A DNA stretch of 37,046 bases from a virus (IMGVR_UViG_3300045988_137238:1-37046), one strand, 5' to 3'; shown: positions 1 through 7,084, counted from the first letter of the stretch. The notes: a model not told the origin generated them from the sequence alone. Translations and numbers: made by a program.

Positions 1-55
1 ATTCAGCAACCGAGATTGGCAACATCATTGGCGTGTCGCCGATTGCGATTGGCAA
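1..55 (+). repeat. Terminal overlap, copy 1 (identical to 36992..37046)
   Basis: attcagcaaccgagattggcaacatcattggcgtgtcgccgattgcgattggcaa occurs at both window ends. It lies inside a coding frame that continues across the junction. Confidence 0.95.
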
Positions 56-197
56 GTGGGCCAACAAGCTAGGCGTTAAGCGCGATGCCGATATGAGCTA
101 CCGCGATCGCGATGGAGCTTGGCGCTACTTCCCTGAAGCACTCAAGATTTTCCAGGACAACGCATTGGAGATTCAAGACGACGATTTAGGACTGTAG
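1..197 (+). CDS. Rha-family regulator, C-terminal part (continuation of 36418..37046 across the circular junction)
   Basis: The frame starting at nt 3 continues the frame of 36418.. through the 55-nt overlap. Reads ...SATEIGNIIGVSPIAIGKWANKLGVKRDADMSYRDRDGAWRYFPEALKIFQDNALEIQDDDLGL, stop TAG 195-197. Confidence 0.8.
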   Translation, partial: SATEIGNIIGVSPIAIGKWANKLGVKRDADMSYRDRDGAWRYFPEALKIFQDNALEIQDDDLGL

Positions 198-219
198 GAG
201 AGAACGAAAATGGCAGAGC

Positions 220-248
220 AAAAGAAAAAGGAGCTTAAAAAAGCTCCT
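220..248 (-). terminator. Rho-independent terminator for the minus-strand zinc-ribbon gene
   Basis: Perfect 8-bp stem aggagctt (229-236) / aagctcct (241-248) with loop aaaa. On the minus strand it is followed by TTTTCTTTT, on the plus strand only by A-rich sequence. It lies 52 nt downstream of the stop at 301. Confidence 0.6.
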
Positions 249-300
249 AAAAATAAAGCGAAAAAGTCAATAAAGATCTTTAACAAAATGGCTAAAAATA

Positions 301-507
301 TCACTTTTCCGCACTAATTGAATCATCTTCCATCCAAACTTTATGGCAAGATGCACAACCATATAAGTCAACAGTGCATCCAGAATCAGTTACAGCATTA
401 CGTTTAGTTGAAAAACTAACAATTAGAAATTTATCTGCATCCCCTGCGGGAGAAAGTTTACCAGCTTCATTACTGCCGCAGTAAGGACAAATAACTTCAT
501 CATCCAT
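301..507 (-). CDS. Small zinc-ribbon protein (68 aa), opposite orientation to the early operon, AT-rich
   Basis: ATG at 507 preceded by GAAAGGAGGT (517-526). MDDEVICPYCGS...YGCASCHKVW gives CxxC...CxxC. The 122-aa ORF in the track is an upstream extension lacking an SD. Confidence 0.6.
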   Translation of the reverse strand: MDDEVICPYCGSNEAGKLSPAGDADKFLIVSFSTKRNAVTDSGCTVDLYGCASCHKVWMEDDSISAEK

Positions 508-567
508 ATTGGTTTCACCTCCTTTCATTAGGAGATGACTTAATTGTAGCAGAAAGGGGGGACTTGA

Positions 568-894
568 ATGCCACTGCAAATAGATGACTTCACACCGGAC
601 TTGATCGCCCAACTCTATGAGCAGATTCGGCCGATGTTCCTGAAGGAGTACGGCTTGTCCAAGCACCAAGAGGTCGACAAGATGATCGGCCTAGACGAAT
701 TCATTGGGCTCTTGCCGATGCGCAAGGGCAAAGAATGGGTCAAGGCCTACATCTTCGAAGGCCACCCAGAAACGCAGGCGTTTGTCTACGGACTAAACGC
801 AGGACGAGGGCACCCGATTAAGATTAATGAACGCAAAGCAATTGAATGGATCAACGCCAATGTCGATTTGATTGACTGGCGAGCTAAGTTATAG
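568..894 (+). CDS. DUF771-like protein (putative excisionase-like/early protein)
   Basis: SD aagggggg upstream. The 108-aa translation (...GLDEFIGLLPMRKGKEWVKAYIF...FVYGLNAGRGHPIKINERKAIEWI) resembles the DUF771 family common in lactic-acid-bacteria phages. Recognised from memory only. Confidence 0.45.
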   Translation: MPLQIDDFTPDLIAQLYEQIRPMFLKEYGLSKHQEVDKMIGLDEFIGLLPMRKGKEWVKAYIFEGHPETQAFVYGLNAGRGHPIKINERKAIEWINANVDLIDWRAKL

Positions 895-905
895 GAGGGA
901 TAGAG

Positions 906-1031
906 ATGGGGCTATTACTGGTCATCATGGCGGTCTTCCTGATCGCTTTGGTGGTCAACAGCGTTCTACTCACGGAGCGTTGTCATCGCCTGGAAATGAA
1001 GTTGCGCAACGAACACTACAAGGAGGATTAA
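906..1031 (+). CDS. Small membrane protein (41 aa)
   Basis: SD taggaggga (892-900) then ATG 906. MGLLLVIMAVFLIALVVNSVLL... is one hydrophobic helix followed by a charged tail. Preferred over the 872..1198 ORF, which lacks an SD. Confidence 0.45.
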   Translation: MGLLLVIMAVFLIALVVNSVLLTERCHRLEMKLRNEHYKED

Positions 1032-1033
1032 AC

Positions 1034-1198
1034 ATGACTAGCACTGAAGGATTAGCATACGCAGCTTTGTTCGTATTGGCGATTTCGCTACTGCTGACGA
1101 ACCACTTGATCCTGGCGACGGTGGCCATCGTGCCATACGTCTTGGCCAGCTTCAAGTACAGCTTTCCACAAAAAAAGCCCAGTGGCCACAACCACTAA
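1034..1198 (+). CDS. Small membrane protein (54 aa)
   Basis: SD aaggagg (1020-1026) then ATG 1034. MTSTEGLAYAALFVLAISLLLTNHLILATVAIVPYVLA... contains two hydrophobic segments. Confidence 0.5.
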   Translation: MTSTEGLAYAALFVLAISLLLTNHLILATVAIVPYVLASFKYSFPQKKPSGHNH

Positions 1199-1236
1199 GC
1201 TTCAAGAATCAAAACATTAATTGAGGTAATTCTAAC

Positions 1237-1446
1237 ATGACACCAGATGAAATTAAAGTTGGCCAAGTGGCTAACCGGTTGTTGAAATTAGGCGATCACC
1301 TAGTTACGGATGCCAATCGACTTGTTCTACACGAACCGAAGACGCGCAGTGAAGCAATCGCAGAGCATGACGCCATTATTGAGCAAGCAGAGAAATTAGT
1401 TCTGTACGCAAAGGACTGGAAGCACGAAGTCACAGGGAGGTTTTAA
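1237..1446 (+). CDS. Hypothetical early protein (69 aa)
   Basis: ORF with gaggt SD, tightly packed before recT. No recognisable motif. Confidence 0.5.
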   Translation: MTPDEIKVGQVANRLLKLGDHLVTDANRLVLHEPKTRSEAIAEHDAIIEQAEKLVLYAKDWKHEVTGRF

Positions 1447-1448
1447 CC

Positions 1449-2423
1449 ATGTATCAACAACCACAACCGCCAGTAAACGCTAACGAATTAACCGATCAAG
1501 TCGCAGGGCGCCTGGAAACTCTGAAGGACGAAGGGTTAGCCCTTCCAGCACATTACAACGCTCAGAACGCCTTGAAGGCGGCTTATCTACGATTGCAGTC
1601 AGTAAAGGATCGGCAAGGTCGCCCAGCGTTAAATATTTGCTCACAACCAAGTATCGCTAACGCCTTATTAGATATGGCTATTCAAGGTCTATCACCAGCG
1701 AAAAGCCAGTGTTACTTCATCGTTTACGGTAACGAACTTCAAATGCGGCGGTCTTACTTCGGAACGATTGCTGTGCTGAAACGCCTGGATAGCATCGAAG
1801 ACATCGATGCTCAAGTAATTCATCAAGGCGATGAGTTTGAGATTGGGGCTGACGAACTTGGCCACATCATTGTGACTAAGTTCAAGCCTAGCTTTACCAA
1901 CCTCGATAAGCCGATCAGAGGGGCTTTTGCCTTCATCAAACTAGTAAACGGCCGGACCGACTACACGATCATGACCATGAAACAAATCCAAACTGCATGG
2001 GATCAAAGCAAGCAGCACAGTATCCAAAACAAGTACAGTGATCAAATGGCTAAACGGACAGTAATTAACCGGGCGGCTAAGATGTTCATCAACACGAGTG
2101 ATGATTCTGACTTGCTGACGGGATCAATTAATAGTGTGACCGAGAATGAAACTGTAGAAGAAGAACCTAAAGACGTCACTGAAACGGCTGAGGAAACAAC
2201 TACTCAATCACTCTTAGCTGACTTCCAAAAGCAGCAGGCGGAAACAGCCCCAGAGAAGCCCGTAGAGGATGAGAAACCAGAAGTTAAAGAAGAAGCTAAA
2301 GACGTCACTGAAACGGCTGAGAACGCGCCTGAGGCGAAACCAGAAGGTGAAAAAGAGGATCCGGTCGAAGATGACCGTCAAATGTCCATCGACGACTTTC
2401 TAAAGGAGGAGCAACATGATTGA
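1449..2423 (+). CDS. recT: RecT-family single-strand annealing recombinase with acidic repeat tail
   Basis: SD gggagg. The core (...CSQPSIANALLDMAIQGLSPAKSQCYFIVYGNELQMRRSYFGTIAVLKR...TMKQIQTAWDQS...MAKRTVINRAAK) fits the RecT pattern. A nuclease gene follows directly, the typical recombination pair. Confidence 0.8.
   Translation: MYQQPQPPVNANELTDQVAGRLETLKDEGLALPAHYNAQNALKAAYLRLQSVKDRQGRPALNICSQPSIANALLDMAIQGLSPAKSQCYFIVYGNELQMRRSYFGTIAVLKRLDSIEDIDAQVIHQGDEFEIGADELGHIIVTKFKPSFTNLDKPIRGAFAFIKLVNGRTDYTIMTMKQIQTAWDQSKQHSIQNKYSDQMAKRTVINRAAKMFINTSDDSDLLTGSINSVTENETVEEEPKDVTETAEETTTQSLLADFQKQQAETAPEKPVEDEKPEVKEEAKDVTETAENAPEAKPEGEKEDPVEDDRQMSIDDFLKEEQHD
2167..2321 (+). repeat. 26-nt perfect direct repeat pair inside the recT 3' region (2167-2192 and 2296-2321)
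   Basis: ctaaagacgtcactgaaacggctgag occurs twice, encoding the duplicated peptide (P/A)KDVTETAE in the acidic C-terminal tail. Confidence 0.9.
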
Positions 2424-3252
2424 ACTCACGCCAGAGAACTACTACTCGCTAGAAACTGATTGGGAATATATGAGCTTCTCTCAATTCAAGAACTTCAAGG
2501 AATGTGAGGCTAAGGAGCTAGCCCGATTAAAGGGTGAATGGGAACCAGCCAAGAAGAAATCAACAGGAGCCGATCCACTTATTCTCGGAAACTACGTTCA
2601 CTCTTACTTTGAAAGCATTGTAGCTCACGAAGCCTTTGTTGAAGCTAACAAGAAAGAGCTAATTTCCTCACGAGGCGCAACAAAGGGCAAATTAAAATCC
2701 AGTTACCAGCTAGCCGAAGAAATGATTAAGACGCTGGATAACGATAAACTATTCGATTTCATTTATACGCCCGGAAAGAAGGAAGTTATCGTGACCGGGC
2801 AAATCAACGATCATGCTTGGAAGGGAAAAATCGACAGCCTGGTTTTAGCTAAGGGTTACTTTTGCGACCTCAAGACGGTTGATGATATTCACAAGAAGCA
2901 TTGGGATCCAGCTAACCGAATTTGGACGAATTTCATTGAGGATCGGGGTTACATCATGCAAGCGGCGATCTACCAAGAGTTGATCAAGCAAACCTTTGGT
3001 AAGCAGTGTCAACCGTACTTGTTCGCGGTTAGCAAGCAAACACCGCCAGACAAGGGTGCCTTTGACTTTGAGGATACGGACACACAGTACTTGATGAAAG
3101 AAGCCCTGGAGGAAATCAAAGAGAAGCAGGATCGCTTCTGGCAGGTGATGAACGGCGAAGTTGAGCCTAAGCATTGCGGAAAGTGTGAGTATTGTCGATC
3201 AATGAAAGAGCTAGCTGCTTTTCAGCACGTAACAGATATTGAGGTGGACTAA
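2416..3252 (+). CDS. PD-(D/E)XK exonuclease (ExoVIII/DUF3799- or Cas4-like, C-terminal Cys cluster)
   Basis: SD aaggagg. GKIDSLVL...YFCDLKT gives a D...D-x-K motif, with QAAIY and a C-terminal CGKCEYC. Overlaps the recT stop. Confidence 0.7.
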   Translation: MIELTPENYYSLETDWEYMSFSQFKNFKECEAKELARLKGEWEPAKKKSTGADPLILGNYVHSYFESIVAHEAFVEANKKELISSRGATKGKLKSSYQLAEEMIKTLDNDKLFDFIYTPGKKEVIVTGQINDHAWKGKIDSLVLAKGYFCDLKTVDDIHKKHWDPANRIWTNFIEDRGYIMQAAIYQELIKQTFGKQCQPYLFAVSKQTPPDKGAFDFEDTDTQYLMKEALEEIKEKQDRFWQVMNGEVEPKHCGKCEYCRSMKELAAFQHVTDIEVD

Positions 3253-3774
3253 TGATTAATCGAGTGGTGTTAACAGGTCGATTAACTAAGGACCTGGAAT
3301 TGAAATACACGCAAAATGGAACGGCAGTTGCCCGGTTTACCTTAGCAGTTAGTCGGCAGTACAAGAATAAACAGACTGGCGAGCGAGAAACGGATTTTAT
3401 CTCGTGCGAGGTTTGGCGTCAGCCAGCCGAGAACTTAGCTAAGTATGCCGGCAAGGGATCGTTGATTGGTGTTGATGGTCGGATTCAGACCAGCCACTAC
3501 ACCGACCGAGACGGAAAAGAGGTTTATCGAACGGATGTCAGGATTGATTCATTTGCCCTACTGTCATATCGGAATAATGACGCCAACCAGAGCGAGCAAA
3601 CCGGCAAATTACCAAGCTAATGTCAATTTCAATGCGCCTCAGGAGCAACCTAATCTACCGCCATACGGTGGGATGTACGCCAACGGGACGCCAGCTAATG
3701 ACGCTATCAATGGCCAAACGATTGACAGGATGGAAACCCATCAGCCGGCTGACATAACAGACTTACCTTTCTAG
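3252..3774 (+). pseudogene. ssb: Single-stranded DNA-binding protein with interrupted frame (+1 shift needed near 3597-3608)
   Basis: Frame 1 (3252..3620) encodes a typical OB fold: [33 protein letters not shown]...[31 protein letters not shown]. The Q/N/P-rich linker and the canonical SSB tip ...DITDLPF* are in the +1 frame, ending at 3774. Confidence 0.75.
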
Positions 3775-3787
3775 GAGGGGAACGACA

Positions 3788-4480
3788 ATGCCGAAAGTAA
3801 AGAAGGTTAGGACACGGGGGTTTACCCAAGTTGATAACCGGGTCATCAGCGATAAACGGATGAGCTTAAAAGCGCTGGGGCTCTTCACTTATATGTGGAG
3901 CAAGCCGGACGATTGGGAATTTTACGTGTTGGCGATTAGTAAAGACTTCAAAGATGGCCGTGACAGCATCCGGTCCGCAATTAACGAACTGATCAGTCTT
4001 GGCTACGTTAAGCGCACTAGGAAGCACAAGAAGAATGGCCAGTTAGCGTCATACGATTACATTTTGTTTGATGAACCTAAGACGGAAAAGCCGTCACAGG
4101 CACCTACCTATGACGGAAAAACCTACGTAGGGAAAACCTACGTAGGAAAATCCGCCACTACTAATACTTACTGTACTAATACTAACTTAACTAATGATTG
4201 GCTGATTGATAATAAATTAAGCTCATTACCTGAGAAGCTGGGCGAAACTGAACGACAATGGGGCATGTTATCCACCAAAACAAAAGGGAGCCTGGAGGGA
4301 TTAGCCAGGCAGTTTGGTCCCCAAGTAGTCGGTGAAGGGCTACAAGCTTTTAACGAGAACGGTCAGTACAAATCAGGTCTGATTAAGTACATCAAAAAGT
4401 ACATTGAAAGCCAAAAAGCAGGACCGGAGTCGCTTAAGCTTAGTGCATCCTTAGTTAAGCTGGAAAGAAGAAAAATCTAA
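3788..4480 (+). CDS. Replication initiator / replisome organiser with N-terminal winged-HTH (HTH_36-like)
   Basis: SD aggagggg. FTQVDNRVISDKRMSLKALGLFTYMWSKPDDWEFYVLAISKDFKDGRDSIRSAINELISLGYV is the usual phage/plasmid initiator N-domain pattern. An internal DNA repeat region is present. Confidence 0.6.
   Translation: MPKVKKVRTRGFTQVDNRVISDKRMSLKALGLFTYMWSKPDDWEFYVLAISKDFKDGRDSIRSAINELISLGYVKRTRKHKKNGQLASYDYILFDEPKTEKPSQAPTYDGKTYVGKTYVGKSATTNTYCTNTNLTNDWLIDNKLSSLPEKLGETERQWGMLSTKTKGSLEGLARQFGPQVVGEGLQAFNENGQYKSGLIKYIKKYIESQKAGPESLKLSASLVKLERRKI
4081..4222 (+). promoter_or_regulatory. Candidate origin of replication inside the initiator gene (iterons + AT-rich tract)
   Basis: GGAAAA(A/G/T)CC-type repeats start at 4084, 4115, 4131 and 4145, including the tandem ggaaaa(a)cctacgtag x2. 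They are followed by the AT-rich actactaatacttactgtactaatactaacttaactaatgattggctgattgataataaattaag. Confidence 0.45.
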
Positions 4481-4550
4481 GCTTACAGGCGGAGAAATTC
4501 TATTCAGAACGGCCGCACTTGGTGGTGGAAATTAGGGAGGAGGTAGAAAA

Positions 4551-5003
4551 GTGGACTTACTGACACGTGGCCTGCTTTGTGCAATTCACATGCGCTTTGA
4601 TGACCGTTTGCAAATTGAGGATAAGGCATATATTGACGAATTTGGTGAACCTGACTTTGAACGAGAGACTCAAAAATTCAACCGCCGATTAAGGGCGATT
4701 GAAAAACTCCGTAAGTCAGATGACCAGCTTGAGCGAGAACGGCTCCGAGAGCTGGAAATGGCTAAACGAAAGGGTGTGATTGATGGCTTGCGCACGATCT
4801 TTTTAGCCAAGGAACGGAAGCTTAAGGACGCTCACAAGGGTACGAGCGAATTTCCAGAATTGTGGGACATGCTCTTGGAATGGAAAGTTAAAAGAAAACT
4901 AACTTTAGCGGATGCTGCATGCATTTCAAAGCGGTCGTTTAAAACGGTGAAAAATGAGCTGCATAAAGCGGCAGTGCGTAAAAAGAGGGCGGAAGGACAA
5001 TGA
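4551..5003 (+). CDS. Hypothetical early protein (150 aa, basic/coiled-coil)
   Basis: GTG start 7 nt after gggaggagg. No family recognised. Confidence 0.5.
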   Translation: MDLLTRGLLCAIHMRFDDRLQIEDKAYIDEFGEPDFERETQKFNRRLRAIEKLRKSDDQLERERLRELEMAKRKGVIDGLRTIFLAKERKLKDAHKGTSEFPELWDMLLEWKVKRKLTLADAACISKRSFKTVKNELHKAAVRKKRAEGQ

Positions 5004-5101
5004 TGGAAACGATTAAATGGATCTTAGCGTTACTCACTGCGTTGGTGATTGCTAATGGGGTGGTGTGGTTGCTAGTCGGAATTCCGTTTTGGCGATGGTG
5101 A
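5000..5101 (+). CDS. Small hydrophobic peptide (33 aa)
   Basis: ATG overlaps the preceding stop (ATGA). MMETIKWILALLTALVIANGVVWLLVGIPFWRW is one TM helix. Not in the ORF track (too short). Confidence 0.35.
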   Translation: MMETIKWILALLTALVIANGVVWLLVGIPFWRW

Positions 5102-5117
5102 TGTGAGGAGGGCAACG

Positions 5118-5582
5118 GTGAGATTATTTGAGGTTATAGACCCAGATCAAACGGCTCAGAGCGTAGCAGACTTCTTAAGAGGCAAAGGGCACTATCGGTA
5201 CAGAGGCTATCCAAAGCTACTAGAGGATGAAGCGGTGTTCGGGATGGTGAGATCTCCGGTCGGCGACATCACGGGGATTCATGGTTCAAATGGCAATCGG
5301 TTTGAAGAAACGATGATTGCTAAGGCACATTGTCGTTTGGCGATTAGTTGTGTGACTGATGCGATTAAGTCGTGCTTGCCAGCACAGCAAACGATTCTGA
5401 ACGAGCGTTACATAAACGGCGCGAAACGTGAGACCGTCATGCAGATGGTCTTAATCGGTGGTAACGACCAGTATCAAGAGGCGGACATCACAGCACGGAC
5501 TCGATTCGCCGCAGCCCTAGATAAGTTTGTGGCGATCAGAGGGTGCGAAGATCTGATTCCGCCGATTCAAGTGTGGAAGTAA
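5118..5582 (+). CDS. ArpU-family-like late gene transcriptional regulator
   Basis: GTG 5118 lies 6 nt after gaggagg (5105-5111). Size (~154 aa) and position (last early gene before the packaging module) are typical for ArpU/RinA-type regulators of Firmicutes phages. The sequence match is judged from memory only. Confidence 0.45.
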   Translation: MRLFEVIDPDQTAQSVADFLRGKGHYRYRGYPKLLEDEAVFGMVRSPVGDITGIHGSNGNRFEETMIAKAHCRLAISCVTDAIKSCLPAQQTILNERYINGAKRETVMQMVLIGGNDQYQEADITARTRFAAALDKFVAIRGCEDLIPPIQVWK

Positions 5583-5717
5583 TTCAAAATCCGGAAAAAA
5601 TGCGGAAAAAACCCGGAAGCCGCCGGGATAGATCTGTGCAATAATTGCTATAGTGAGACAAGTGGGGAAATTAAGTTCATGGCCACATTACTCACTACTC
5701 TTTACCTCTTAAATTGG

Positions 5718-5737
5718 TTGATATGATTGCATATCAA
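5718..5737. repeat. Perfect 8-bp inverted repeat upstream of the tRNA-like element
   Basis: ttgatatg-attg-catatcaa. It could be an operator or an RNA hairpin. TTGATA also resembles a -35 box. Confidence 0.6.
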
Positions 5738-5750
5738 TCGCATATTAGCA

Positions 5751-5806
5751 GCGGATATAGCTCAATGGTAGAGCTTCTGATCTCGGTTCGATTCCGGGTA
5801 TCTGCG
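5751..5806 (+). ncRNA. tRNA-like element lacking the anticodon arm (truncated tRNA / tRNA mimic)
   Basis: The layout is: acceptor GCGGATA, then TA, D-arm GCTC-AATGGTA-GAGC, linker ttctgat, T-arm CTCGG-TTCGATT-CCGGG, acceptor TATCTGC, then G. The acceptor stem is 7 bp with one G-U pair. The D-loop and T-loop are canonical. Only 7 nt sit where the 17-nt anticodon stem-loop plus variable loop should be. Confidence 0.7.
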
Positions 5807-5960
5807 TTGAGAGTAGCACAATCAACTCTTTTGCCTTTCGGCTTAGGCATAGAAAGGCAGATGGTACGGTCATCCCTATACTTCAGGTGGGGATGCTAAG
5901 GTTCCACTCCATAGGCCGTCATTGTCCGCAATGACGTTAAACTACATATCACCCATTCAG
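5807..5960 (+). ncRNA. Highly structured non-coding segment (consecutive hairpins) downstream of the tRNA-like element
   Basis: Hairpins: gagagt/actctt (5809-5830); tgcctttc/gaaaggca, 8 bp perfect (5832-5859); gatg/catc (5860-5874); cctat/atagg enclosing ggtgg/ccact (5875-5915); cgtcattg-tccg-caatgacg, 8 bp perfect (5917-5936). There is no credible ORF here. Confidence 0.5.
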
Positions 5961-5990
5961 AGTCTAGCTATAATAGCTAGACTTTTGTAT
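5961..5990 (+). terminator. Strong rho-independent terminator closing the non-coding unit
   Basis: Perfect 10-bp stem agtctagcta / tagctagact with loop taa, followed by ttttgtattatttt. The hairpin apex (stem top plus loop) also spells TATAAT (5969-5974). Confidence 0.7.
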
Positions 5991-6011
5991 TATTTTAGTT
6001 GGGTGATTTAA

Positions 6012-6506
6012 ATGAAAGAATATGGAAATTTACTCATTAGTTCAGTAATACCTCTGTTAATCTCTGGGATTAGTACCATAGGTGGGATTTGGGGTGCGAC
6101 TATTCAAGCTAAAAAATATGAAGATTCAAAACGATCTAAGGTGGAATCTTATCAAAAAATATTAGAGGTAGTTGAACCTTTTAATGCTTTATATATTTTA
6201 ATTCGAGATTGTAGGTGGGCTGAAGCAAGAAATGTTTGCTTTAACGGGGCAGTGGATGAGCTGGAAAGTAAATTACAATCAGGTACTTATGTTTTGCTAA
6301 TTCCAGGAGGGGTATTAGAATCTACAGAGAGGATGTTGAATGAAATGGTCGAAATTGTAAAATTAGAAGAGCAAATGGGTAAAATTAAACCTGATTATAA
6401 CAAAAGATATAATCCAACTATCCTTGATGAAAAAATGGGAAACTTAGATAATGACTATGAACAATATATTTCTGAGATAAAGAAAAAATACAAATTATTT
6501 AGATAA
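6012..6506 (+). CDS. AT-rich orphan protein with N-terminal TM anchor (moron candidate)
   Basis: 164 aa. LLISSVIPLLISGISTIGGIWGATI is a TM helix and the rest is helical and charged. Composition is visibly AT-rich compared with the flanks. Its own terminator follows. Confidence 0.6.
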   Translation: MKEYGNLLISSVIPLLISGISTIGGIWGATIQAKKYEDSKRSKVESYQKILEVVEPFNALYILIRDCRWAEARNVCFNGAVDELESKLQSGTYVLLIPGGVLESTERMLNEMVEIVKLEEQMGKIKPDYNKRYNPTILDEKMGNLDNDYEQYISEIKKKYKLFR

Positions 6507-6519
6507 AGACCGGTTAATT

Positions 6520-6549
6520 AAGTCAGCTTAACGGCTGGCTTTTTATTTT
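6520..6549 (+). terminator. Rho-independent terminator after the moron ORF
   Basis: aagtcagc-ttaacg-gctggctt stem (one G-U pair) followed by tttatttt. Confidence 0.55.
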
Positions 6550-6577
6550 GGAAAGGGCGCGAAAGGAGATGGCAAAC

Positions 6578-7084
6578 ATGGGCAAGGTACACCAATGCGG
6601 CGAGATCAGATGTCATAGGATCATCCCTTTTGATCAACGATACTGTGACGTGCATGCCAAACTGCATGCACATGATGCCTATCACAACGTGTCACACAAG
6701 CAACGGCTCGAGTCGTATAAGACGTACAACCGTGAGCATCGTGACCAAGTAGCCAATACTTTTTATCACAGCAAGGAATGGCAGCACGTGCGTGACTACG
6801 TGGTCAATCGTGACATGTATGCATCGGGAGTGTCAGGTATCATACTGACTGATCATGATCTGATCGTTGACCACGTTGTGCCAAGACGCTTGTGCAAGGA
6901 TCCGTTGGACACCGACAACTTGTGGTGCCTGAGCAGACGTGAGCACCTTGCCAAGACAAAAATGGAAAAACATATCGCTGACAAACCAAATGGTGATAAT
7001 GTGCTGAAACATCTAAATCGCCAAAAATGGGCCGTATACATCGATCGACAGCTTGCAAGGGGAAAACGCCGAGGCGGTCGCTAG
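6578..7084 (+). CDS. HNH endonuclease (packaging-associated)
   Basis: ATG 6578 lies 9 nt after aaggag. An N-terminal Cys/His cluster is followed by LIVDHVVPRRLCKDPLDTDNLWCLSRREHLAKT (H-N-H motif). It sits immediately upstream of terS, as in HK97-like cos phages. Confidence 0.8.
   Translation: MGKVHQCGEIRCHRIIPFDQRYCDVHAKLHAHDAYHNVSHKQRLESYKTYNREHRDQVANTFYHSKEWQHVRDYVVNRDMYASGVSGIILTDHDLIVDHVVPRRLCKDPLDTDNLWCLSRREHLAKTKMEKHIADKPNGDNVLKHLNRQKWAVYIDRQLARGKRRGGR

Noticed and set aside
210-317. 35-aa lysine-rich plus-strand ORF (MAEQKKKELKK...) after Rha
   Set aside because: It does have an SD-like taggagag. However, its body is the A-rich sequence and hairpin that form the terminator of the convergent minus-strand gene, and it overlaps that gene's 3' end. 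It is probably not coding.
872-1198. 108-aa ORF from the track
   Set aside because: Its first half has no SD and a non-protein-like composition. Two SD-preceded small membrane ORFs (906..1031 and 1034..1198) explain the region better.
3466-3774. 102-aa ORF as an independent gene
   Set aside because: It has no SD and overlaps the SSB OB-fold frame. It ends in the SSB-specific DLPF tail, so it is the displaced C-terminus of ssb.
5590-5630. cggaaaaaa direct repeats and the cccgg/ccggg hairpin after the ArpU-like gene, considered as a terminator or binding site
   Set aside because: The stem is short and has no T-run, and there are only two short repeats. The evidence is insufficient.
5714-5899. 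61-aa ORF from the track, covering the tRNA-like element
   Set aside because: It has no SD. It runs straight through canonical tRNA D-arm and T-arm sequence and several perfect hairpins. An RNA explanation fits better.
5583-6011. Possibility that the non-coding gap is a GOLLD/ROOL-type large ornate RNA
   Set aside because: The genomic context is similar (prophage, next to tRNA-like sequence). However, the gap is only about 430 nt, shorter than those RNA classes as I remember them, and I cannot match their conserved cores by eye. An Infernal search is needed.
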